Shown: piece after piece, positions 17,671-26,800 of the stretch
Layout: each line of letters starts with the position of its first letter
Position numbering within the stretch: the first letter of the stretch is position 1
From: Acidobacteriota bacterium
GTDB taxonomy: Bacteria > Acidobacteriota > UBA6911 > RPQK01 > JAJDTT01
DNA length: 64,000 nt
Assembly: GCA_965209055.1 (NCBI GenBank)
Contig: OZ242374.1
Coordinates: 1,088,001-1,152,000 of the forward strand
Reading direction: 5' to 3'
The notes under the pieces: model-generated
The model's input: the letters and a program-made list of their open reading frames with translations, nothing else
What the model was told of the DNA's origin: nothing
Databases searched by the model: none
Made by a program: the position numbers and the translations under genes

Positions 17671-20586
17671 ATGGTACGCAATTTCTGGCTGACGCCGTTG
17701 GCCTGCCTGATTCTCGGACCTGCCGTTCCGGCCTCCCGGTCCGATGCCTCAGACTTCGAAAGGGACATTCTCCCCATATTCGAAAGGACCTGCCTGCAGT
17801 GCCACAGCGGCGCCTCTCCCCAGGGGGAACTCCATTTGGACAGGCTCGAGTCCATGTTGGCCGGAGGGAAGTCGGGCCCCGCCCTGGTGCCGGGAGCTTC
17901 GGACCGGAGCCTGCTGGTCTCCAAGCTGGTCTCGGGCGCCATGCCTCCAGGCGACGTCAACCTGTCCCGGGAAGAGATCGGGGCCATCCGGCTCTGGATC
18001 GACGGACAGTCCGCGCACACCGCCGGCGTGGCGTACACCGAGAAGGACGTGCTGCCCATCTTCCAAATGCACTGCGTCAACTGTCACGGAAAGGCGAAGC
18101 AGGAGGCGGGACTGGACCTGCGGACCCGCGCCGCCCGTCTCCGGGGAGGCGAGTCGGGTCCGGCCATCGTCCCCGGCGACCCGGGCCGGAGCCTGCTCTA
18201 TTCCCGCATCATCTCTCAGGAGATGCCTCCCCTGGACGAGATCCGGCCGCCCACCACGGCCGAGGTGGAAGTTCTGAGGCAGTGGATTCTGGCCGGCGCC
18301 CGCGACGACCCACCCGGGACGGAAGCCGTCGCGGACCGTTCCCTGGCCCCTGAAGACAAGGAGTTCTGGTCCTTTCGCTCCCCCCGGCCACCGGCGCTGC
18401 CCCGGGTCCTCCACCCCGAACAGGCTCGCAATCCCATCGACCTCTTTCTGCTGTCACGGCTGGAGTCCAAGGGTCTGGGCTTCTCTCCCGAGGCCGAGCC
18501 CCTGGTCCTGTTGCGCCGGGCCTACCTGGACCTGACCGGGATGCCTCCCACCTCCCGGGAAGTATTGGACTACCTGGAGGACCGGGAGCCGGGAGCCTAC
18601 GAGCGGCTTCTGGACCGACTGCTGGACTCTCCCGCCTACGGAGAGCGCTGGGCCCAGTACTGGCTGGACCTGGCCGGATACAGCGATTCGGAGGGAATCG
18701 TCGACGAGGACAAGGTCCGCCCCCATGCCTGGCGCTATCGCGACTACGTCATCCGGGCGCTGAACGGCGACACTCCCTACGACCGTTTCCTGACGGAGCA
18801 ACTGGCAGGCGACGAGTTGGTGGACTACAAGAATCAGGAGAGGGTCACCCGGGAACTGGTGGATGTCCTGGCCGCAACCGGGTTCCTGCGGCTGACCCCC
18901 GACGGGACGTACAACCAGCCCAACCGGTCGCTCCAGGACAAGATGGACATCATCGCCGACGAGCTTCAGGTCCTGGGCTCCTCGGTTCTGGGCCTGACCG
19001 TCGGATGCGCCCGCTGCCACGATCACAAGTACGATCCCCTGAGCCAGCGCGAGTACTACAGCCTGGCCGCCATCCTCCAGACCGCGCTGGACCCCTACGA
19101 CTGGCGCCCGCCCACCGAGAGGGTCCTGCGCGTCGCGTTGGAGGCGGACCTCAAGGAGATCGAGGCCCACAACGCCCCCCTCCAGGTCAAGCTCCGGAAC
19201 CTGGAAAAGGAGTTGGAGGACAAGGCCCGGCCCTACAAGGAGAAGTTCCGGAAGGAGGCGCTGGCCGCCCTTCCTCCCAACCTGCAGGCGGACCTCAGAA
19301 CCATCGCCGAAACGCCGAAAGGGAAGCGGACCAGCCTGCAGCGTTTTCTGGCCCGGAAGTTCAAGGAGGTCGTGGAACCCACTTACGCCGCCCTCGGCGA
19401 CGAGTTCCCCGAGTTCAAGGAGTCCGCGAGCCAGTTGCAGACGGACATCGAGCACATCAAGAACTCCAAGTACGGTTCGGAGACCAACTTCCGCGACAAG
19501 ACCAAGTACCGGACCCTGCCCGGCATCCGGGCGCTCTACGACATGGGAGGCGACGCCTCCCCCGCTTATCGCCTGAACCGGGGCGAAGCCCGGTCGGTGG
19601 CGGAACGGGTGTACCCCGGCGTGCCCCGCGTCCTGTCCGGCAACGGATTGGAGCCCTACCGGCCGCTGCCGCCGCCTGGCCGGGACACCAGCGGAAACCG
19701 CCTGGGCCTGGCCCGCTGGCTGACTCAGGAGGGGCACCCTCTGACGTCGCGGGTCCAGGTCAATCGGATCTGGGGCCATCACTTCGGCCGCGAACTGGTC
19801 ACCACCCCGGGGGACTTCGGCCGGACCGGGTCCCAGCCGTCCCATCCGCGGCTCCTGGATTGGCTGGCGGCCGAGTTCGAGGACCGGGGGTGGAGCATGA
19901 AGGCCATGCACCGGCTGATCATGACCTCGGCGGCCTACCGGCAGACGTCCCGGGTCGGTCCCGGAGCGAGCCGACAGGACCCGGACAACCTGCTCTTCTC
20001 CCGGATGCCCCTGAGGCGGTTGGACGCGGAAGCCATTCACGATTCGGTGCTGCGGGTGACGGGGCGCCTCGACCCGACTCTCTTCGGAATCCCCGTTCAC
20101 CTGAAGGAGGAATCCAGCGGCGAGGTGGTGCCCGAATCGACCCCGGGCGGGTGGCGCCGGGCCGTCTACGTGCTCAAGCGGCGCCGCATGCCCGTCTCTT
20201 CCCTGGAGGCCTTCGACTATCCGGTGATGATCCCCAACTGCGGCCAGCGCCGGCAGTCCAACGTCCCGTTGCAGGCGCTCCAGCTCGTCAACGGAGAGCT
20301 GATGCGCGGCCACGCCCGCTACCTGGCCGGGCGGCTCATGGACCAGTCTCCGGGAGACCCGGCGGGCCAGATCGAGGGCCTCTACCTGGAGGTCCTGGGC
20401 CGATATCCCACATCCGGGGAGAGCCGGCGTATCGAGAAGTCGCTGCAGCGCCTCGAGCGGGAGTGGCGCAGCCACCTGGAACGGAAGAACGATCCGGCGC
20501 CGCGGGGCCCCGGGGCCCGCTGGTCGGCGCTGAGCTCGGTGGCCCTCACTCTCCTCAATTCGGCGGAGTTTATGTATATTGATTGA
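17671..20586 (+). CDS. PSD1 protein with two planctomycete cytochrome c domains
   Basis: Signal peptide MVRNFWL; CLQCH, CVNCH, CARCH; YGERWAQYWLDLAGYSDS. Confidence 0.9.
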   Translation: MVRNFWLTPLACLILGPAVPASRSDASDFERDILPIFERTCLQCHSGASPQGELHLDRLESMLAGGKSGPALVPGASDRSLLVSKLVSGAMPPGDVNLSREEIGAIRLWIDGQSAHTAGVAYTEKDVLPIFQMHCVNCHGKAKQEAGLDLRTRAARLRGGESGPAIVPGDPGRSLLYSRIISQEMPPLDEIRPPTTAEVEVLRQWILAGARDDPPGTEAVADRSLAPEDKEFWSFRSPRPPALPRVLHPEQARNPIDLFLLSRLESKGLGFSPEAEPLVLLRRAYLDLTGMPPTSREVLDYLEDREPGAYERLLDRLLDSPAYGERWAQYWLDLAGYSDSEGIVDEDKVRPHAWRYRDYVIRALNGDTPYDRFLTEQLAGDELVDYKNQERVTRELVDVLAATGFLRLTPDGTYNQPNRSLQDKMDIIADELQVLGSSVLGLTVGCARCHDHKYDPLSQREYYSLAAILQTALDPYDWRPPTERVLRVALEADLKEIEAHNAPLQVKLRNLEKELEDKARPYKEKFRKEALAALPPNLQADLRTIAETPKGKRTSLQRFLARKFKEVVEPTYAALGDEFPEFKESASQLQTDIEHIKNSKYGSETNFRDKTKYRTLPGIRALYDMGGDASPAYRLNRGEARSVAERVYPGVPRVLSGNGLEPYRPLPPPGRDTSGNRLGLARWLTQEGHPLTSRVQVNRIWGHHFGRELVTTPGDFGRTGSQPSHPRLLDWLAAEFEDRGWSMKAMHRLIMTSAAYRQTSRVGPGASRQDPDNLLFSRMPLRRLDAEAIHDSVLRVTGRLDPTLFGIPVHLKEESSGEVVPESTPGGWRRAVYVLKRRRMPVSSLEAFDYPVMIPNCGQRRQSNVPLQALQLVNGELMRGHARYLAGRLMDQSPGDPAGQIEGLYLEVLGRYPTSGESRRIEKSLQRLEREWRSHLERKNDPAPRGPGARWSALSSVALTLLNSAEFMYID

Positions 20587-20602
20587 CCGGGCGAGACATC
20601 CC

Positions 20603-22048
20603 ATGACCCACTTCGGAACGAAATTCCGCGGCTCCCGGCGGGACTTCTTCTCCCGTCTCGGCGACGGAGTCCACGGCGCGGCCCTGGCTTGGCTTCTGCA
20701 GAAGGACCTTCCGGGTTCGCCGGGCCCCGGCCACGGCCGGCCCCGGATCGACTTGACTCCTCAGGCCCCCCACCGTGAGCCGAAGGCCAAGTCGGTCATT
20801 CACCTGTTCATGAACGGCGGCCCCAGCCAGGTCGACCTCTTCGACCACAAGCCGACCCTGGCTCGAATGGCGGGAGGCGCCGCCCCCCGCGACCTGCTCA
20901 ACCAGATCGAGAACATGGATCAGGTGGGCACTCTGATGCCGTCCTACTGGGAGTTCTCCCGGCACGGGAAGTGCGGGATGGAGCTGTCGGAGCTCCTGCC
21001 GCATACGGCCACCATCGTGGACGACATCACCCTTGTCCGGTCCATGTACAGTGAGCACTTCAATCACGAGCCCGCCATCAACCTCTTCCACACGGGCCGG
21101 ACCATTACCGGCCGCCCCACCATGGGGGCCTGGGTGACCTACGCGCTGGGCACCGAGAACCAGAACCTGCCGGGATATGTGGTTCTGGAGGACACGAACC
21201 TCCCGGTCAATGGAATTCAGAACTGGCAGGCGGGCTGGTTGCCTCCCACGTATCAGGGCACCCGGTTCCGGGAGAAGGACCCGGCCGTGCTCAACCTGAA
21301 CCCCAGGGAGCGGTTGCCCAACCCGCTGATCGAAGCCGAACGGTCGTTGTTGCGCAGCCTGGACCATTCCCATCGCATGGAACGTCCGTGGCAGCCGGAC
21401 CTGGCTGCCCGGATCTCCTCCTACGAACTGGCCGCCCGCATGCAGTTGGCCGCCAGCGACGCCCTGGACCTCTCCCAGGAGAGCGAGGCCACCAAGGAGA
21501 TGTACGGTCTCAACAACGAGGCCACCGCCTCCTACGGGAGACGCTGCCTGCTGGCCCGGCGGTTGGTGGAGCGGGGCGTGCGCTTCGTCCAGATCTTCAT
21601 CGAGTACCAGATCTGGGACAATCACCATAGCTTGAAGGAGAAACTGGAATACTGCTGCCGGAAGACCGACCAGCCGTCCGCCGCCCTGGTTCGCGACCTG
21701 AAGCAGCGGGGGCTGCTGGACGACACGCTGGTCGTCTGGGGAGGGGAATTCGGCCGCATGCCCATCTCCCAGGTTCGGGACGGCGGCGCCGCCGGCCGGG
21801 ACCACGGTCCCGACGGCTTCAGCCTCTGGATGGCCGGGGGGGGAGTCAAGGCCGGCTACGTCCATGGCGCCACCGACGACATCGGCCACAAGGCCGCCGT
21901 GGACCGGGTCAGCGTCCACGACTTTCACGCCACCTTCCTGCACCTGCTGGGCCTGAACCACCGGGACCTGGTCTTCCGCCGCCACGGCCTGGAGGAGCGC
22001 CTCACCGATCAGTACCCGGCCCGGCTGGTCCATGAGATCCTCGCCTGA
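20603..22048 (+). CDS. DUF1501 family protein with Tat signal
   Basis: SRRDFF; VIHLFMNGGPSQVDLFDHKP; GEFGRMP; GRDH. Confidence 0.9.
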   Translation: MTHFGTKFRGSRRDFFSRLGDGVHGAALAWLLQKDLPGSPGPGHGRPRIDLTPQAPHREPKAKSVIHLFMNGGPSQVDLFDHKPTLARMAGGAAPRDLLNQIENMDQVGTLMPSYWEFSRHGKCGMELSELLPHTATIVDDITLVRSMYSEHFNHEPAINLFHTGRTITGRPTMGAWVTYALGTENQNLPGYVVLEDTNLPVNGIQNWQAGWLPPTYQGTRFREKDPAVLNLNPRERLPNPLIEAERSLLRSLDHSHRMERPWQPDLAARISSYELAARMQLAASDALDLSQESEATKEMYGLNNEATASYGRRCLLARRLVERGVRFVQIFIEYQIWDNHHSLKEKLEYCCRKTDQPSAALVRDLKQRGLLDDTLVVWGGEFGRMPISQVRDGGAAGRDHGPDGFSLWMAGGGVKAGYVHGATDDIGHKAAVDRVSVHDFHATFLHLLGLNHRDLVFRRHGLEERLTDQYPARLVHEILA

Positions 22049-22126
22049 CCGAAAGTCAGAAGGAAAGAGAAAAGAGGCGCCGCCGGGCAGACGCTGGCGC
22101 CGCACGATCGATTTGGAGAAATTCGC

Positions 22127-23263
22127 ATGAAGCTCGACCCTGTTTCCCTGACGCGGGATCTCGTCGCCATCAAATCGGTCAGCCGCTGGAGCAATGCCCT
22201 GATCTCCGACCTGGTGGAGGAGCGGTTTCGGGAGCATGGCTTCGAGACCGAACGCCTGGACTACGTCGACGAGAACGGGGAGACCAAGGTCAGCATCGTC
22301 GGCCGGAAGGGATCGGGAACCGGAGGCCTCGCCTTCTTCTCCCACACCGACACGGTGCCGGGACAGGAAGAGGACTGGGACCCCTACGACCCGGTGTTGG
22401 GCGACGGAAAGATCTCCGGACGGGGGTCCTGCGACATGAAGGGCCCTCTGGCGGCCACCATGGCCGCCGCCGCCGCCGTCGACGAAGAGGAACTGGAGCA
22501 ACCGGTCCTGGTCATGGCCACCGCCGACGAGGAAGTGGGCGGAGGCGGAGCCAAGCAGGTCGTCCGGGAATCGCGTTTCTTCAGCGAAGCGCGTCCCCGC
22601 TACGCCGTGGTGGCCGAACCCACCGAGTTGTGGCCGGTCTACGCCCACAAGGGCGGGGCCTTGGTCATGGCCACGGCCCGGGGAACAGCCGCCCACACCA
22701 GCACCGATCTGGGCACCTCGGCGAATTTTCTGATCGCTCCGTTCCTGGCTGAGATGGCCGAGCTGGCCAAGGAGGTGAAGCAGGACCCGCGCTACCGGAA
22801 CCAGGACTTCAATCCCCCCACCAACGGGTTCAACATGGTCTTCGACGACGGCGGCACCCGTCCCAACGTGAGCGCGGCCCGAAGCACCTGCCAGATCGGG
22901 TTCCGGCCCATGCCCGGCGACGAGAGCCGGGACTTGATGGAGATCGTCGCCGGGCGGGCCCGGGCCCATGGGCTGGAGGTGGAGACCAGGTACAAGGGTC
23001 CTTTCTACGTTTCTCCCGGCGCCGACCTGGTGCAACTGGCCTCCCGGGCCGGCGGCGGACGGAAGCCCAAGACCGTCCCCTACGGAACCGACTCCATCTG
23101 GATCAAGGACCAGGTCGACGAGCTGGTGGTCCTGGGTCCCGGCAATATCGCTCAGGCCCACACGGTGGGAGAGTGGATCTCCATCGGACAACTCGAGGAG
23201 GCGGTGGAGATCTATCGCCGGATGATCCGCGAAATCTGCGGAAATGGGGCGGCGGTTTCCTAA
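22127..23263 (+). CDS. M20 metallopeptidase, acetylornithine deacetylase (ArgE)-like
   Basis: SHTDTVP, GRGSCDMKG, ADEEVG, AEPT, GPGNIAQAHT. Confidence 0.85.
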   Translation: MKLDPVSLTRDLVAIKSVSRWSNALISDLVEERFREHGFETERLDYVDENGETKVSIVGRKGSGTGGLAFFSHTDTVPGQEEDWDPYDPVLGDGKISGRGSCDMKGPLAATMAAAAAVDEEELEQPVLVMATADEEVGGGGAKQVVRESRFFSEARPRYAVVAEPTELWPVYAHKGGALVMATARGTAAHTSTDLGTSANFLIAPFLAEMAELAKEVKQDPRYRNQDFNPPTNGFNMVFDDGGTRPNVSAARSTCQIGFRPMPGDESRDLMEIVAGRARAHGLEVETRYKGPFYVSPGADLVQLASRAGGGRKPKTVPYGTDSIWIKDQVDELVVLGPGNIAQAHTVGEWISIGQLEEAVEIYRRMIREICGNGAAVS

Positions 23264-23383
23264 CCGCCGAATCTTCGAGCCCCGGTTTCCTAACCGCCGA
23301 ATCTTGGCCCGCCCGTTATTCCCAACCGCCCGATCCCCTCCGTTCGCCAATGTCAAATGAATCGGCGGTAAGAAAGCCGCCGC
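23246..23383. repeat. REP cluster; the M20 stop codon lies in the first hairpin
   Basis: CGGCGGTTTCCTAACCGCCG at 23250-23269, partial copies, and inverted CGGCGGTAAGAAAGCCGCCG. Confidence 0.75.
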
Positions 23384-23859
23384 CTGCCAGGTTCAAACAG
23401 CCTCGTCCCAGCCAACACCCTGATCCGACAGGATCGCACCCGGTTGCCCGTAGCACCCCGCCGGGCGCGCCCGTGCTGCGCGAACCGGACCGATCACCTG
23501 CTCACAGAGACTGAGACTGAACCCTTCACGGACCAATGACATCAGAAGGAAGTGCCCGGGATTCAGAATCCACACCTTGCAACATGGATACTCCCAAAAC
23601 CCTCAACCCGCGCCGGCGTTCATCCACCGTTCACCAATTGTTAAGCTATATGGTGAACGAAACGCCGGCGGAGGAATAAACATGACACGTAAGTCGGTCG
23701 CGGCGGCACGGCCTGTCTGCGGATGGAGAGAGTCGTTCTCTGTGCGCCTGACAGCCACAACATCGAAGACGCGACCCTGAACCGGTGCCGGGTCACCTTC
23801 ACGGCGTGTAGGGACAAGAGCGGGAACTGGACGATTTCCAAAGTTTCCATATCGGCGGA

Positions 23860-26800
23860 TTGAAATCCCCGGCGGGGAACTCTCGCCGGATGAGCAGGTG
23901 GACTATGCGGAAAGCAGACAAGAGAACCATCGGAGTCCTGGCGGCGGTGGCCGTGGCCGCAATTCTGGCGGGACTGGTCCCCTACACCAGGAAGCCCGTC
24001 GAACGGCAAGAGGCGTCGCTGACGGGAAAGGCCATGGCGACCCGTGCCGTCATGGCCCGGATCGAAGCGGAAAGCCGTGGAATCGTCCGGGAACCCGGGA
24101 TTCAGGCCGCTCCCCGCATGGCCGAAGCACCGGCCGCCGCCGAAAGGCCGGCGGAGGACACGGTTCCCTCGCCGCCCGAAGGCTACTCCTTCGTCTCCTA
24201 CCACGGGAACATGCCCCGGGCCCGGATCACAGCCGGCGCCGAAACCGGGGACGAGCGGTCCGGTCCCGTTCCGGACTGGCTGAACACGGCCGCTTCCATC
24301 GAAACCATCGTCGACCAGGCGACCGCCGCCGGACGCGACTGGTCCTTCGGCTGGGTCCGGGCGGCCCGGGACGCCCAACCGAACGGCGTAGCGGCGTCCC
24401 TGGGCGAGTTCGGCGCGACGGCCCTGGGCTCATCGGGCAACCTTGTCCGCGCCGAATTGCCTGCTGATCCGGCGCTGCTGCACGAGATCGCGGCGTTGCC
24501 GGAAGTCGACGGCCTGGGAGCCGTCCCTCCGGAGCGGAAACTTCCGGAGGCGTTCGCCCGCGAATTGGCGGAACTGTCCCCTTTTGATCAGGCGCCCGTC
24601 TTCATCACCCTGATGGCGGACGATCCCGACGGCCGGTGGCGGCGGGAACTCGAGGGCCTGGGCGCGGTGGTGGGCCGTTTCGATCCGGACCTGCGAGCCT
24701 ACGCGGCCAACGTGTCCTACGGCCAGGTGGAGGCCATCGCGGCCGCGGACTACGTGCTGGCCGTCGAGCCGGTCGGCATCGTCCGGCCCGCCCACGACAC
24801 CTCGGTTCCCGCCATGGGAGCGGACGCCCTGCGAACCTACGACGGTATCCCGGGGATTTTCTCGGGCATGGGCGGCGCTTCCGTCCCCATCGCCGTCATG
24901 GACACGGGGCTCAACATCAACCACCTGGACATCGCGTCGAACCGCGAGAGCATCTGCGGCGCCAACTTCTCCTGGCTCTCCTTCATTTCCCCTCCCGCCG
25001 AAGAGGCCGCGGATCTGTGGGTCGATGCAGGGCTGCACGGGACCCACGTCACCGGGACCATGATCGGCAACGGGACCGTCCAGCCCCGCTTCGCCGGCAT
25101 GGCGCCCTCGGTGAGGCACATTCGGTTCGCCAGAGTGCTCGGCAGCCTTGGCTTCGGTACGGCGGACTCGATCATTCGCGGGATGGACTTCCTGTCCGAA
25201 GCCACGGAGTGTGCCGGGCCGGGCGAGGCGCCCGAGCCTCTCAAGCCCCTCATCGTCAACATGAGCCTGGGCGGTTCCTCCAGGCGTTTCGGGGGCAGAG
25301 GCTTCAGCGAACGCAAGCTGGACTCCGTCGTCTGGGGACATCGCCAACTGTACGTCGTCGCCCAGTCCAACGAGAGCATTGACGGCTTCTCCAATTTCGG
25401 AGCCGCCAAGAGCTCCCTCGCCGTGGGCGCCGCGCTGGACAGTGGCGACATCGCGTTCTTCAGCAGCCACGGGCCCACGGCGGACGGCCGCCTGGCGCCA
25501 CAGGTGGTCGCTACCGGCGTCCGCGTGCATTCGGCCCTCGGCGGCGGGAGCCGCGGCGAGTATCGGGCCATCAGCGGAACCAGCATGTCCTCCCCCACGG
25601 TGGCGGGGGTGGCCGCCCTCTTGATGGATGCGGCCCCGGAGCACCGGGAGCATCCCGCGTTGGCCCGGGCCCGGCTCATGGCCGGGGCCATCCGGCCGGA
25701 CGCCTGGTTGGACGCTCCGGACGCCTTCCCCACCACCAATACCGGCGGACCGGGGCCGATGCAGGCCCAGTACGGCCTGGGCAAGGTTTCGGCCCGCACC
25801 AGCGCCCTCAGCCGGGACGGATCCGGCGGCTGGATCGGCGGCGGCGCGATTTCGGAATTGCAGGAGGGGGAGTACGCCCACCACGACATCGAGGTGCCGG
25901 AGGGAACCAGCCGCCTCGACCTGGTGATGACCTGGGACGAGCCGCCGGCGGACGCGATCGCCAGCACGGTGTTGAACGACCTGGACCTGTGGCTGGACCG
26001 GGACGGCGATTGCGAAGAGGCCGCGTGCGGGGAGCAGTCTTCCGCGTCCCGCGTGGACAACGTGGAGTGGATCGTCCTCAGGAATCCACAGCCCGGGACG
26101 TATCGGGCGAAGGTGGTGGCGCGGAGAGTCTACACGGCGCCTCCCCGGGCGGCGCTGGCCTGGACGGTGATCCGGGGCAAGTCCACACCGAAACTGGTGG
26201 TCGCAACCGACCGGACCCTCCTGGCGGGGAACGAGGAGCAGGAGTTGACCGTGACGGTGACCGCGGACGAGTACGTGGCGGCCGGGACGCGGCTGCACCT
26301 GGATTGCCGGGATATCGGCGAGTCCTCGGGATGCGGACAGATCCGGATCCACTCCATGGCCGTGTCTCGTGAGGACGGCATCTGGGTCGACCTGTCGGAC
26401 GAACTCGAATCCGCGGTCCAAAGACCGCAACCGGGCGAATTGGCGCTTCCACGTCCTCCCGTTTCGGCGATCCTGCCGGGTTCTCCGATCCCTCTGGGCT
26501 CGTCGATCCCGCTCGGTGAGGTCGCCGCCGGCGAGAGCCAGGAAGTCCGGTTCACGGTTTCGTCCGCCGGAAACGGGGAGCCGGCCCGCCTCTATTTCAG
26601 GGCGAGCGCCTGGAACGCCAGGGGAGCGTCCGCACCGGTGGACGTCGCACCCGGCGGAGCCGCCGGTTCCCGGAAGGTCCGGCGCCCCGCCAACGACGAC
26701 TTCGCCGCGGCCGCCGTCATTGAAAAAGGACGGGGTCTCCGAACCGTGGACCTGTTGCTGGCCACACCGGAACCGGGAGAACCGTTGTTCGGCGCCCTTG

